A DNA stretch of 64,000 nucleotides from Desulfomonilia bacterium (GTDB lineage: Bacteria; Desulfobacterota; Desulfomonilia; UBA1062). The stretch covers positions 288,391 through 352,390 of the forward strand of contig CAXXDQ010000008.1 of assembly GCA_963664325.2 (NCBI GenBank), read 5' to 3'. This document shows, piece after piece, positions 9,853-19,639 of this stretch (the stretch's first letter is position 1; each line of letters opens with the position of its first letter). A model generated the notes under the pieces. It did no database searches, had not been told where the DNA came from, and was given only the letters and a program-made list of their open reading frames with translations. Both the position numbers and the translations under genes were made by a program.

Positions 9853-10743
9853 ATGATTAGCAGGAAAAACGTAAAACTCGGCATTGCTCCTATTGCCTGG
9901 ACGAATGACGACATGCCCGATCTGGGTGCTGAAAATACATTCGAGCAGTGCATCTCTGAGATGGCGCTGGCCGGATTCACGGGAACAGAGATAGGGAACA
10001 AATACCCGAAAGATGCGGCTGTACTGAAAAAGCATCTCGAACTGCGCGGCCTTTCGGTCTGCAACGCCTGGTTCAGCACATATTTCACCTCAAGGCCTGA
10101 AGAGGAAACCATTAAGTCGTTTATCAGGCACAGGGATTTCCTTCATGAATTAGGAGCTCGCGTGATCGGTGCCTCGGAGCAGGGCAACAGCATTCAGGGT
10201 CAGATAGATCTGCCGGTATTGTTCAACAAGCCTCTGTTCACAGAAGAACAGTGGGACAGGGTCGCAACAGGGCTTGAAAAACTTGCTGCGCTGGCAGAAG
10301 AAAAAGGCATAAGGCTCTGCTATCATCATCACATGGGAACAGGTGTGGAAAATATGGCCGAGATAGACGGGCTCATGGCCAGAACGAAGAATGTCGGGCT
10401 GCTTTACGATACCGGCCATGCGGTTTTTGCCGGGATTGATCATATAAAGCTGCTGGAAAAATATATCTCAAGAACCTTTCATGTCCACCTGAAAGATATC
10501 AGAGAGAATGTGCTTGCCCGGGTCAGGTCTGAAAATATGAGCTTTCTCAATGCCGTGAGGGAAGGGGTGTTTACTGTTCCGGGAGACGGCATGATAGATT
10601 TTTCCGGGGTCTTTAAGATACTTGCAGATAGCAGATTTAAAGGCTGGTTTGTAGTTGAAGCGGAACAGGACCCTGCAAAGGCAAACCCGTTTGAATATGC
10701 GCTGAAGGCAAGGCGTTTCATCAGGGAGAATACCGGGATATAA
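9853..10743 (+). CDS. iolE: Myo-inosose-2 dehydratase IolE
   Basis: IAPIAWTNDD, GTEIGNKYP, YHHHMGT, DTGH, HVHLKD, VVEAEQDP; start ATG 9853. Confidence 0.95.
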   Translation: MISRKNVKLGIAPIAWTNDDMPDLGAENTFEQCISEMALAGFTGTEIGNKYPKDAAVLKKHLELRGLSVCNAWFSTYFTSRPEEETIKSFIRHRDFLHELGARVIGASEQGNSIQGQIDLPVLFNKPLFTEEQWDRVATGLEKLAALAEEKGIRLCYHHHMGTGVENMAEIDGLMARTKNVGLLYDTGHAVFAGIDHIKLLEKYISRTFHVHLKDIRENVLARVRSENMSFLNAVREGVFTVPGDGMIDFSGVFKILADSRFKGWFVVEAEQDPAKANPFEYALKARRFIRENTGI

Positions 10744-10768
10744 ACGAAAAGTTCAAAGGAGATAAGAG

Positions 10769-11767
10769 ATGAGCAAGACTGCCGTCGGAGTAATCGGGGC
10801 CGGTAGAATCGGCAAGGTCCATACCCAGAATATACTAAACTTTATCCCTGATGCTAAGGTGAAATATGTCGCCGATGTTAACCAGGGGGCAAGGGAATGG
10901 GTGGATAAACTGGAAGGAACGGCTTTTACTACGGAAGTTGAAAAGGTTTTCAGCGATCCTGAAATAAAAGCCGTGCTCATCTGTTCCTCTACCGATACTC
11001 ATGTGAAGTACATAATTGAGGCGGCCGTGGCGAAAAAACATATTTTCTGCGAAAAACCGGTTGACCATGACATAGGAAAGATACTCGAAGCCCAGAAGGC
11101 CGTAGAGGACAACGGTGTAAAATTCCAGATCGGTTTCAACAGAAGGTTTGACCATAACTTTTCAAAGGTTAAGCAGCTGATAAACGATGGACAGGTCGGT
11201 GATATATATTTTATCAACATCACATCAAGGGATCCCGACGCCCCGCCAATAAGCTATGTCAAGGCCTCCGGAGGCATGTTCATGGATATGACAATTCATG
11301 ATTTCGATATGGCCAGATTTTTGGCGGGCACTGAAGTCAAGGAGGTTTATGCAAAGGGCGCCGTATTCGTTAACCCGGAAATCGGAGCTGCAGGAGATAT
11401 TGACAGCGCTGCTATAATCCTGACCTTTGAAAACGATGCGATCGCCATAATCAACAACTGCAGAAAAGCAGTTTACGGTTACGACCAGAGGGTTGAAGTG
11501 TTCGGCTCAAAAGGCAAAGTGGAGATCGCCAATGATACGCCCTCAACTGCAGTCCTGAGCAGCAGCGAAGGGATTATCTCGGAAAAGCCTCTGCATTTCT
11601 TCATGGACAGGTACACACGGTCTTATGTCGATGAAATAAAGGATTTTCTTGACGCGATAATCAACGGCAAAGAAACACCTACTGACATGGTTGACGGACT
11701 GAAGTCTGTTGAGATAGCTTATGCGGCAAAAAGGTCACTGAAAACTGGGCTGCCAGTGAAGATATAG
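10769..11767 (+). CDS. iolG: Myo-inositol 2-dehydrogenase IolG
   Basis: GAGRIGKVH, FCEKP, GFNRRFD, SRDP, DMTIHDFD, YGYDQRVE. Confidence 0.93.
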   Translation: MSKTAVGVIGAGRIGKVHTQNILNFIPDAKVKYVADVNQGAREWVDKLEGTAFTTEVEKVFSDPEIKAVLICSSTDTHVKYIIEAAVAKKHIFCEKPVDHDIGKILEAQKAVEDNGVKFQIGFNRRFDHNFSKVKQLINDGQVGDIYFINITSRDPDAPPISYVKASGGMFMDMTIHDFDMARFLAGTEVKEVYAKGAVFVNPEIGAAGDIDSAAIILTFENDAIAIINNCRKAVYGYDQRVEVFGSKGKVEIANDTPSTAVLSSSEGIISEKPLHFFMDRYTRSYVDEIKDFLDAIINGKETPTDMVDGLKSVEIAYAAKRSLKTGLPVKI

Positions 11768-11782
11768 GAAAAGGAGAAAGAA

Positions 11783-12804
11783 ATGGTAAAAGTCGGAGTA
11801 GCCGGATATGGAGTCATCGGTCAGAGATTGGCTGATGGTGTCGCCCTTCAGAAGGAAATGGAACTTGTCGGGGTGGTGGATGCCGCTCTCAGCCTATCTG
11901 TGATGGCGCTTAGGAAAAGGGCATGCCTTACAAGCTTTATGCAGTCAACAAGGATGCATATGAACTCTTCAAGGCAAACGGAATCCCTGTCGAGGGACTG
12001 ATGGAAGACCTGCTTGGAAGAGTTGACATCATGCTTGATGCAGCACCCGGCGGTATAGGCGCCAGGAACAAAGAGCTTTACAAAAAGCATAATGTCAAAG
12101 CCGTATTCCAGGGCGGCGAAAAAGACGAGGTGGCTGATGTCTTTTTCCATGGTTATGCCAATTATGAAAAGGGTCTCAAACAGAATTACCTGAAGCTTAC
12201 CTCCTGCAACACAACGGGTCTGATCCGTGCCGTTGACTGCCTTGATCGCATATGGGGCATCGAAAAGGTTGCGATCACAATTGTCAGAAGGGTCGCTGAT
12301 CCAGGCGATTATCACAGGGGACTGACAAACGCCCTGCAGGTGGATAAAGCGCCCAGCCATCAGGCAGTCGATCTGATGACCATAATGCCGCATATAGAGG
12401 CTACGGGTATCCTTGTACATACGCCGGTGACGCACGGACACTTCATAACCGTCGTCGCCACACCGAAGAAAAAGCTCGATGTAGACAATGTCATTAAGGC
12501 TTTCAAGGATCATGACAGGATAAGGGTTGTGAGCCTCAAGGAGGGATTCCTCGGAAACGCCTCCATATTCAAATATGCACGCGACCTCGGGAGGTCCAGG
12601 GGCGACCTTTACGAAATTTGCATCTGGAAAGACACGGTCGTCATGTCAGGCGGTGACGTCATGTTCGGCATACATATCCCCCAGGAGTCCGTAACAATAC
12701 CGGAAACGATAGACGCGGTAAGGGCTGCTCTTGGAATGCAGGCCGACAGGCTCGAAGCGGTAGGCATGACGAACAAGTACCTCGGCCTGCCGAGCTGGAA
12801 GTAG
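11783..12804 (+). CDS. Type II (archaeal-type) glyceraldehyde-3-phosphate dehydrogenase; one frameshift near 11913
   Basis: GYGVIGQRLAD, FQGGE, SCNTTGL, RRVADP, PSHQ, THGH, IPQESVTIPETIDAVRA. Adding one G in AGGAAAAGGG joins ORFs 11783 and 11923 as ALREKGMPY. Confidence 0.85.
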
Positions 12805-12925
12805 GAAAGGAAAGAAAACAGGGGTTGAGAGGCTGAATGGAACAGTGAGACTGGGATCAGAATAGATTCGGTTCCGGTTTTCTGCCATCTCCTTTCTGCT
12901 GTCTCATGACCCCTTATTTCTGAAG
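12805..12925. repeat. Long imperfect inverted repeat (purine-rich arm then pyrimidine-rich arm) between GAPDH and PGK
   Basis: AGAAAACAGGGGTTGAGA... pairs imperfectly with ...TCTCATGACCCCTTATTTCT. Confidence 0.4.
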
Positions 12926-12934
12926 GGATTTTTT

Positions 12935-14195
12935 ATGAGCCAGATGAAGATCTTATCCATGCGGGAGATGAATGTAAACGGCAAGGTTGTGCTGTTGCGG
13001 CTGGATATAAATTCGCCAATCGACCCGGTGACAAAAAGAATAGTCAACAGGAACAGGCTCAATGAAAGCCTTCCGACGCTGAATTTCCTGATTGAGAACA
13101 ACGCGAAGATTGCGATTATCGCCCATCAGGGCGATACGCTTGATTATCAGAACCTGATACCCTTAAACGAGCATGCTTCTATCTTAAGCGAACTGCTCGG
13201 GAAAGAGGTCGAATATATTGATGATGTCTGCGGCCCTGCAGCTCAATATCTGGTAAAAAGGCTGAAAAAAAGCAAAATAGCCCTGCTGGGAAATCTGAGA
13301 TATTTGAGCGAGGAAATCTCCACGTTCGAAAATGCCGTCAAACTGGAGCCGTCCGATATGATGGGCACTTTCCTTGTGCGCAGTCTATCACCTCTGGTTG
13401 ATATTTATATAAACGACGCATTTGCAGCGGCGCACAGGAATGCACCGTCAATGGTCGCTTTTCAGGAGATTAAACCTTCCGCCGCAGGGGACCTGCTTTT
13501 CAGGGAGGTCGAAGCATTAACGAAAGTGATGAAGTCGCCAGTGAGGCCTTCCGTGTTTGTACTGGGCGGGGCGAAAATTTCAGACGCATTCGGCATGATG
13601 AAACAGGTCCTGGAAAATGGCACGGCCGATAAGATCCTTACCTGCGGCATAACCGGCGAGATATTTATAATGGCATCCGGAAAGTATATCGGTGCAAAAA
13701 AGGAAAAGTTTCTGAAAGACAGGAACCTGCTGGAATTCATCGAACCTGCAAAGGAATATTTGAAGGATTACCCAGGAAGGATTGAGATGCCGGCAGACCT
13801 GGCCTTCGACTCAGGAGGGCAGAGGAAAGAAATCGACCTACAGAACCTGCCAGTTGAGGAGTTGTTCATGGATATCGGGACAAAGACCATTTCGAGATAT
13901 TCGGACATCATTGCCGGCGCCAATACCATTTTCACAAACGGCCCGGCAGGGGCTTACGAAAACGCTTTGTTTGAAAAGGGTACAAAAGATGTTTTACAGG
14001 CAATCGCCGGTTCAAAGGGTTATTCAGTCATAGGCGGCGGGCGATACAGTGGCGGCTGCCGAGAAACTGATCGACATTAAGAAAATCGGCTATGTCTGCA
14101 CAGCAGGCGGCGCCATGGTCAGGTTCCTTACCGGCAAAAAACTCCCTCTGATCAAGGCCATGGAAAAGGCATACCTGAGAATGAAGGCGGAATAA
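12935..14195 (+). CDS. pgk: Phosphoglycerate kinase (archaeal-like); one frameshift near 14041
   Basis: LRLDINSP, IAHQG, NLRY, NDAFAAAHR, LGGAK, MDIG, NGPAG. Removing one G gives GGGDTVAAA...YVCTAGGAMVRFLTGKKLP..., ending at TAA 14195. Confidence 0.88.
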
Positions 14196-15720
14196 ATGTT
14201 TTATACCGGGGCCGGACGTTTAATGGTTTTCATCATTGCCGTTTCTCTGGCTGCCTGTGCCACATTACCGAAGGACATCCCGAAAGTCCCGTCCTATGCC
14301 GTTGAAAACAGAGGTGATACAAGGATAGCAAAGGCCGTAGAGAGAGAGGCTGTCAATCATCCCGGTGTGTCCGGTTTTTATATGCTGCCGTCGGATATGG
14401 ATGCATTCATCGCGCGGGCAGTTCTCATCGAAGGGGCCGAGCATACTCTTGATCTTCAGTATTACATTGTCAGCGACGACCTGACGGTCAGCTTTCTTAT
14501 GGAGAGGCTCATTTCGGCAGCAGACCGCGGCGTCAGGATAAGGCTTCTTTTTGATTATCTCGGGACGGGACTTAATGATTCTCAACTGTGGATGCTAAAC
14601 AGCCACCCCAATATCGAGCTGCGGCTGTTCAATCCAACGGGAAGCCTCAGGCAGTTGAACCACAGGATGCACAACAAGGCTTTTATAGTCGATAATGTCG
14701 TTGGAATAGTCGGAGGCCGTAACATGGCCGATGAATATTTCGGGGCAAGGGAAGACGTTAACTTCGCGGACATGGACATTATGGCGGCAGGCCCTATTGT
14801 AAAAGACATATCGAAAAGTTTTGACATATACTGGAACTGCGAATGGGCGATTCCGTATGAATGCCTCTCATCAGACAAACCTGATGATGAAAATTTAAAG
14901 AAGTCCTTGGACTCCTTGAAAGAAACAAACAAAAATGCGAAGGATTCGAAATATGCGGTTCGCCTGAAGGAATCGGATTTTTTTAGGCAGGCTTGTGAAG
15001 GGTGATATTTCTTACAGCTGGGCCGATGGCTCCGTAGTCTATGACCTGCCTGAAAAGATTTCGGCAAAGAACAAGAAGGACCCCGATGCCGACCTTATGA
15101 CGCAACTGATCCCCCTTGCCAGAAATACGAAGACTGAACTGATCCTCATATCCCCATATTTTGTCCCGGGAAAATCGGGTGTTGATATTATTGGAATGTT
15201 TAGGAAAAGCGGTATGCGGGTCAGGATTGCAACCAATTCCCTGGCGTCCACAGATGTGATTTCAGTGCATTCCGGTTACGCAAAGTACAGGAAAGAATTG
15301 CTTGAAGAGGGCGTTGAACTCTATGAGATGAGAGCCGATCCGGAAGAAAGGGGCAAGGAGGCCAGACGCAAGGCTTTAGGCTCATACCGCGGCAGCCTGC
15401 ACGCTAAAATGTATATATTTGACAGGAAAGCGGTCTTTATAGGCTCCCGGAATCTTGATGCCAGGTCCAGGCAGATAAATACTGAAATCGGTATTTATGT
15501 TCAAAGCCCTGAAATCGCCTTTCAGGCGGCGAGGATGTTCGAATTAACGACTGTACCGCTATACTGCTTTAAGCTGGGCCTCTCCGATGATTCCCGCCTG
15601 GTCTGGACAACAGAAGTAAACTGCAAGGAAGTCAAGTATTACCATGAACCGATGACAAGCTTCTGGAGGCGTTCCTCTGCCTGGTTTGTATCTATATTCG
15701 TACCCGAATCACAATTGTGA
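14196..15720 (+). CDS. Phospholipase D-family cardiolipin synthase (ClsC/YmdC-like lipoprotein); one frameshift near 14991
   Basis: Lipobox LAAC; TLDLQYYI; two HKD motifs (MHNKAFIVD, LHAKMYIFD); SPYFVP, TNSLASTD. Split into ORFs 14196-15005 and 14995-15720. Confidence 0.85.
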
Positions 15721-15862
15721 AAAACGGTTTGATGAAGAATCACGGGCACTGAAATTTATATACTCTAAGAATGGCGTTTTTTTAAGGATTCGATATTGTA
15801 ATTGCCTGAGTGATACGGAGGCTAGGACAAATCAGGCCAAGAAAAGTTGCCGGAATGCGGAG

Positions 15863-16828
15863 TTATATGGTCCAGTGTAAAGAACCGTAGAGGGCATCAA
15901 TAACCATCATATTCTTCACTGCATCATCCATGCCCCAGCGGGGAGGTCTTTTGTTTGTTACCGCATCCATGAAGTCTTCCAGTTCAAGGACATAGCAGTT
16001 GGCTCCGGGGGTAGTGACAATTTCATCACCACTGTTCGTGCGGATGATAAAACTGGCTTCTTTCTCGCCCGGGAACCATGGACTTTCGATGATGATTGAA
16101 CCTTCAGATCCGGCAATTTCAGTGTAATGACGCTCGAAATTGTTTATGCTTGTTTCAAAATGGGCAAGGATGCCGCCGGGAAATTCAAGCATGCCGGTCA
16201 TGGTTTCATCGACTTTTCCGCAAACAGCAAAGGCTGAAGATTTTAACGGCTCGGCACCAGTGATAAGACGTGACACGTTGACACAGTAGCAGCCAACATC
16301 CATAAGCGCTCCGCCGCCGAGTCTGGGATTTGCAGTAATTGTTCCGGGTTCGTCAAGCATGAATGTGAACCGGCTGAAGATTGTAGAGAGTTCCCCGATT
16401 TTATTTTGGGAAACGGATTCAATGACTTTCTGATAAAGCGGGTGAAACCTGTACATGAAGGCTTCGGCGACAGGCACCCCTGTCTTATCGGATGCTTTGG
16501 CACATTCAGCGGCCTGGCCCGCATTCAGGGCAAAAGGCTTTTCACACAGGACAGGAATGCCTTTATCTATTGCCTTCAGGCACCACTCGGCATGCATGCT
16601 GTTCGGCAGGGGTATATAGACCGCATCAATTTTTCCACAGTCGAGTAGTTCAATATAAGATCCATATGCTTTTTCAATACCATACAAATGCTGCCATTCT
16701 CCGGCCCTTTTGGCATCGCGGCTGGCAATGGCGTGTACAACGCCGTTTTCTGTAAGCTTCATAGCGTCTATGATAGCCCTGCTTATATTGGCGGTTCCCA
16801 GTATTCCCCATTTGAAATTGTATGGCAT
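15863..16828 (-). CDS. Gfo/Idh/MocA-family NAD(P)-dependent oxidoreductase
   Basis: WGILGTANI, YIPLPNSMH, LCEKP, EAFMYRFHP, GGGALMDVGCY. Confidence 0.92.
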   Translation of the reverse strand: MPYNFKWGILGTANISRAIIDAMKLTENGVVHAIASRDAKRAGEWQHLYGIEKAYGSYIELLDCGKIDAVYIPLPNSMHAEWCLKAIDKGIPVLCEKPFALNAGQAAECAKASDKTGVPVAEAFMYRFHPLYQKVIESVSQNKIGELSTIFSRFTFMLDEPGTITANPRLGGGALMDVGCYCVNVSRLITGAEPLKSSAFAVCGKVDETMTGMLEFPGGILAHFETSINNFERHYTEIAGSEGSIIIESPWFPGEKEASFIIRTNSGDEIVTTPGANCYVLELEDFMDAVTNKRPPRWGMDDAVKNMMVIDALYGSLHWTI

Positions 16829-16831
16829 ACT

Positions 16832-17691
16832 CTATAGACTTATATCTGGTAATGACTGGCGGGAATGTGCTGAAATGGCATTCCCGAGACCTTTTTTAAG
16901 AGCTTCGACAATTTCAGGATAGATATTGCCGTTATGTTCATTCATATAAACCTTGGAAATCTCGGTAGGAAGGATGAGTATGTTTTTGTTCCAGCTGCTC
17001 AGCCTCCTGCAGAGTTCTCCTTTCCCGGAAAAAACCAGATTTTCCGCAACAGTTGTTGGAATGTCCGGGATGGTGATCTTACCCAGCCGGTCAAGCCAGT
17101 CGTCAATTGTTTTACCCCAGCGTTTCCTGTCCAGGAGTTCTGTCCCAAGGTTAAAAACCGGAGGATGCATTATCCCTTTTTCGACCTGACGGGAAATGTT
17201 GTACGAATGGATGTCATAGATTATACAGACCCCGAACTTTTTCAATAGGACTGTGATACAGCTTCCTATGAACCTGTAAAATGCATCATGTTTGAAAAGA
17301 CTTTTCAGGTTCATCTCATCGGTGGGCTGCTTGCCGTAAACCTGAACACCCCAGAATCTGTCCGGGGTGAGAGGAAGTGCAAGTTCAGGCGGCCGGTTCA
17401 AATCGTATTCAGCCCTGGAATCAAGTACCCATATGGCGCTTTGGCTATCCTGAATCATCAGGTCAGTCATGGGATCTTCTTCAAAAAACGGGCATTTTCT
17501 GATATGTGAATAAAAGGCAGCAGTTCATTCCTGACATTATGTCCGGCATGGATCGCCATAGCGATATAGGGCACGGCCAGATCAATATTGAATGAATATC
17601 CGCCTGTGGGGCTTACACCGCTAAACCTGGTCAGGCTGCCAATCTGCTCGATAATGCCTGGATCACATGGGATATTCACTATCGCATCCAT
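16832..17691 (-). CDS. N-formylglutamate amidohydrolase-family protein; one frameshift at the A6 run 17483-17488
   Basis: AIHAGH, reconstructed ARFFEEDPMTD, SRAEYDLNRP, YDIHSYN, FNLGT, PTEISK; ORFs 17467-17691 and 16832-17470 join with one extra T. Confidence 0.8.
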
Positions 17692-17699
17692 CCTTTGAT

Positions 17700-18692
17700 T
17701 TATTCGATGCCATACCTTTCAAGGGCGGATGAAACAATAAGGTGGAGCATTTCCCGATATTCCTCCATATGCCCCTTTCCTGATGGGTGGTAGAGCGAGT
17801 AAATCTGGGGGCTCCAGCTTTTGAACGGCTTCAGGCCGGGTATGCCATTGATTTCTATGACTCTAAGTTTATCATCCGCCCCGACTCGCATATCAACCCT
17901 TACATGATCAAGGCAATTAAGGGCATCGGTCGCCTGTTTGCACAGTTCTTTTGATTCCTCAAACCTTGTCTCTGGTATGCTTATTTTGGTCAATCCCACA
18001 CCGCGCAAGTCGCTACGGAGGATATGATATTTGCCGTAGTGTGATTCTTCAACAGTGACGAGTCCGGGCAGTATTTCCTGGAGCCTCCCGTTTCCGAACA
18101 TCAGTACAGTATATTCCTGCCCTGGAAGGTATTCCTCAACAAGAGCGGCCTGTTCGAGCTTTTCGTGAACATACCTTATGCGGTTTTCAAGTTCCGGTTT
18201 GGAATGAACAACGCTTTCATCACTGATCCCGATTGATCGAGATTCGCAATTTGGTTTAACAAATGCAGGGAAAGGGATATCGGCGATGTCATCACCGATA
18301 TCGATCAGATAATGTTTGGGTACCAGAGCCCCGTGCTCGTGCATGATGCGGTGGGTGTCATATTTCTGGATAAGCTGTTTCATTGTGAGAGAGCTGGGGC
18401 CGATATAAGGAATGCCCTTGTCGTCCATGATGTCCGCCACCCAGTCGATATCGCCTTTGATTCCAATGATGTCCTCACGTTGGGATATGTAATAGAGCGC
18501 GCTCCACACGATATCGTACGACTTGTTGCTGATGGCCTTCATGAAATCATCAAGGGTCTCGACATAGGCAATTTCAGCCGATCTGTCCCCAGTGTTAAGC
18601 GTCTCGCACATTACGTTGGTCACCTTCATGTCTCCCCATCCCTGAGCATCACCACCAGGGCCGGTAACTATAAGTATCTTCTTCATCAACAA
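17700..18692 (-). CDS. ATP-grasp amidoligase, D-Ala-D-Ala ligase-like but divergent
   Basis: IPYIGP, K in QKYDT, FVKP..ESRSIGI, LVEEYLPGQEYTV, VRVDMR, IEINGIPG. Confidence 0.85.
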   Translation of the reverse strand: MLMKKILIVTGPGGDAQGWGDMKVTNVMCETLNTGDRSAEIAYVETLDDFMKAISNKSYDIVWSALYYISQREDIIGIKGDIDWVADIMDDKGIPYIGPSSLTMKQLIQKYDTHRIMHEHGALVPKHYLIDIGDDIADIPFPAFVKPNCESRSIGISDESVVHSKPELENRIRYVHEKLEQAALVEEYLPGQEYTVLMFGNGRLQEILPGLVTVEESHYGKYHILRSDLRGVGLTKISIPETRFEESKELCKQATDALNCLDHVRVDMRVGADDKLRVIEINGIPGLKPFKSWSPQIYSLYHPSGKGHMEEYREMLHLIVSSALERYGIE

Positions 18693-19639
18693 TCTCCTTG
18701 TTTTTTAAATATGAACAGATCCGGATCATATCTGTAATTTTTTAAGGCTGTTGCAGTCAGGGGTGATATTGGCTGAAGTATATTTGATATTGAGGTGATT
18801 TTTTCATCACTTAAAATGATTTTGGACACCACTTCCAAATCAATATGAATGTCCGGATATCTTTCCTTGATGTCATCAAGGAACAGGCAGTCGCTCATTG
18901 CCTTGTTCGGGTTGAGGATTGTCACAGGGCCGTCAAAGTATTTTTCAAGCTTTTCTCTGAAAATATCGTGGCTGTATCCGTAATGGGTGCAACAGAAGGC
19001 AGAAATAACCGGCAGTGTTTTATCACCGGCCTTTTCAGAAGCCTCGAGTATATAGCGGTCTATCATATCAGTCACGGTTCTGCTCGCCGGTGCTTTTTCA
19101 ATCTCGCCTGCAAGCTTGTCGCATGGTTGGAGAATTATGCGATCTTCGCTTATGCCGTTTTCCATCAATCTGGTTTTGTGCGAGTACGCTTCAATGGTTG
19201 TTGGCGTCCCAAGGATAATAACCCGGCTGTCAGGATGGGAGATCAACTCTTTGTAGATCATCATGACCCCGAAATCAATGATATCGACAACCGGTATTGC
19301 TGTATTACGGCTGAATTCAGTATGTGAATAAATTGTCGAGAGTGTGTTGCATGCGATCATTATCATGTCAGGTTTAAACCGTTCCATACCCTTAAGAGCG
19401 CAGTTGAACACACGGATTTTTTCGGCCATGTCGGGAAGCAGGTTGTAGCCCCTGTTTTGTTCGGGCCAGGCGTTAAAGTAGGTCAGTTTCGAATTTTTGA
19501 AGCTGTGGTACAGATTCAGGTTTTTGACGATTTCAGCACATACAGAAAGTCCTCCAAGGCCTGAATCGGTGATCAATAAAGACAAGTTGTCCTTGTTTGC
19601 TAAAGAGTCCATTCTGATCATCGCTTTTCTGTTAGCCAT
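18686..19639 (-). CDS. Aspartate/glutamate racemase family (MurI-like)
   Basis: TDSGLGGLSV, IACNTLS and FCCTHYG (two catalytic Cys), LGTPTT. Confidence 0.88.
   Translation of the reverse strand: MANRKAMIRMDSLANKDNLSLLITDSGLGGLSVCAEIVKNLNLYHSFKNSKLTYFNAWPEQNRGYNLLPDMAEKIRVFNCALKGMERFKPDMIMIACNTLSTIYSHTEFSRNTAIPVVDIIDFGVMMIYKELISHPDSRVIILGTPTTIEAYSHKTRLMENGISEDRIILQPCDKLAGEIEKAPASRTVTDMIDRYILEASEKAGDKTLPVISAFCCTHYGYSHDIFREKLEKYFDGPVTILNPNKAMSDCLFLDDIKERYPDIHIDLEVVSKIILSDEKITSISNILQPISPLTATALKNYRYDPDLFIFKKQGDC

Noticed and set aside
11905-11925. Programmed frameshifting in GAPDH, PGK, clsC or the FGase gene
   Set aside because: All are single-base indels in short homopolymers or G runs without clear slippery-site architecture, matching the error pattern elsewhere in the window.
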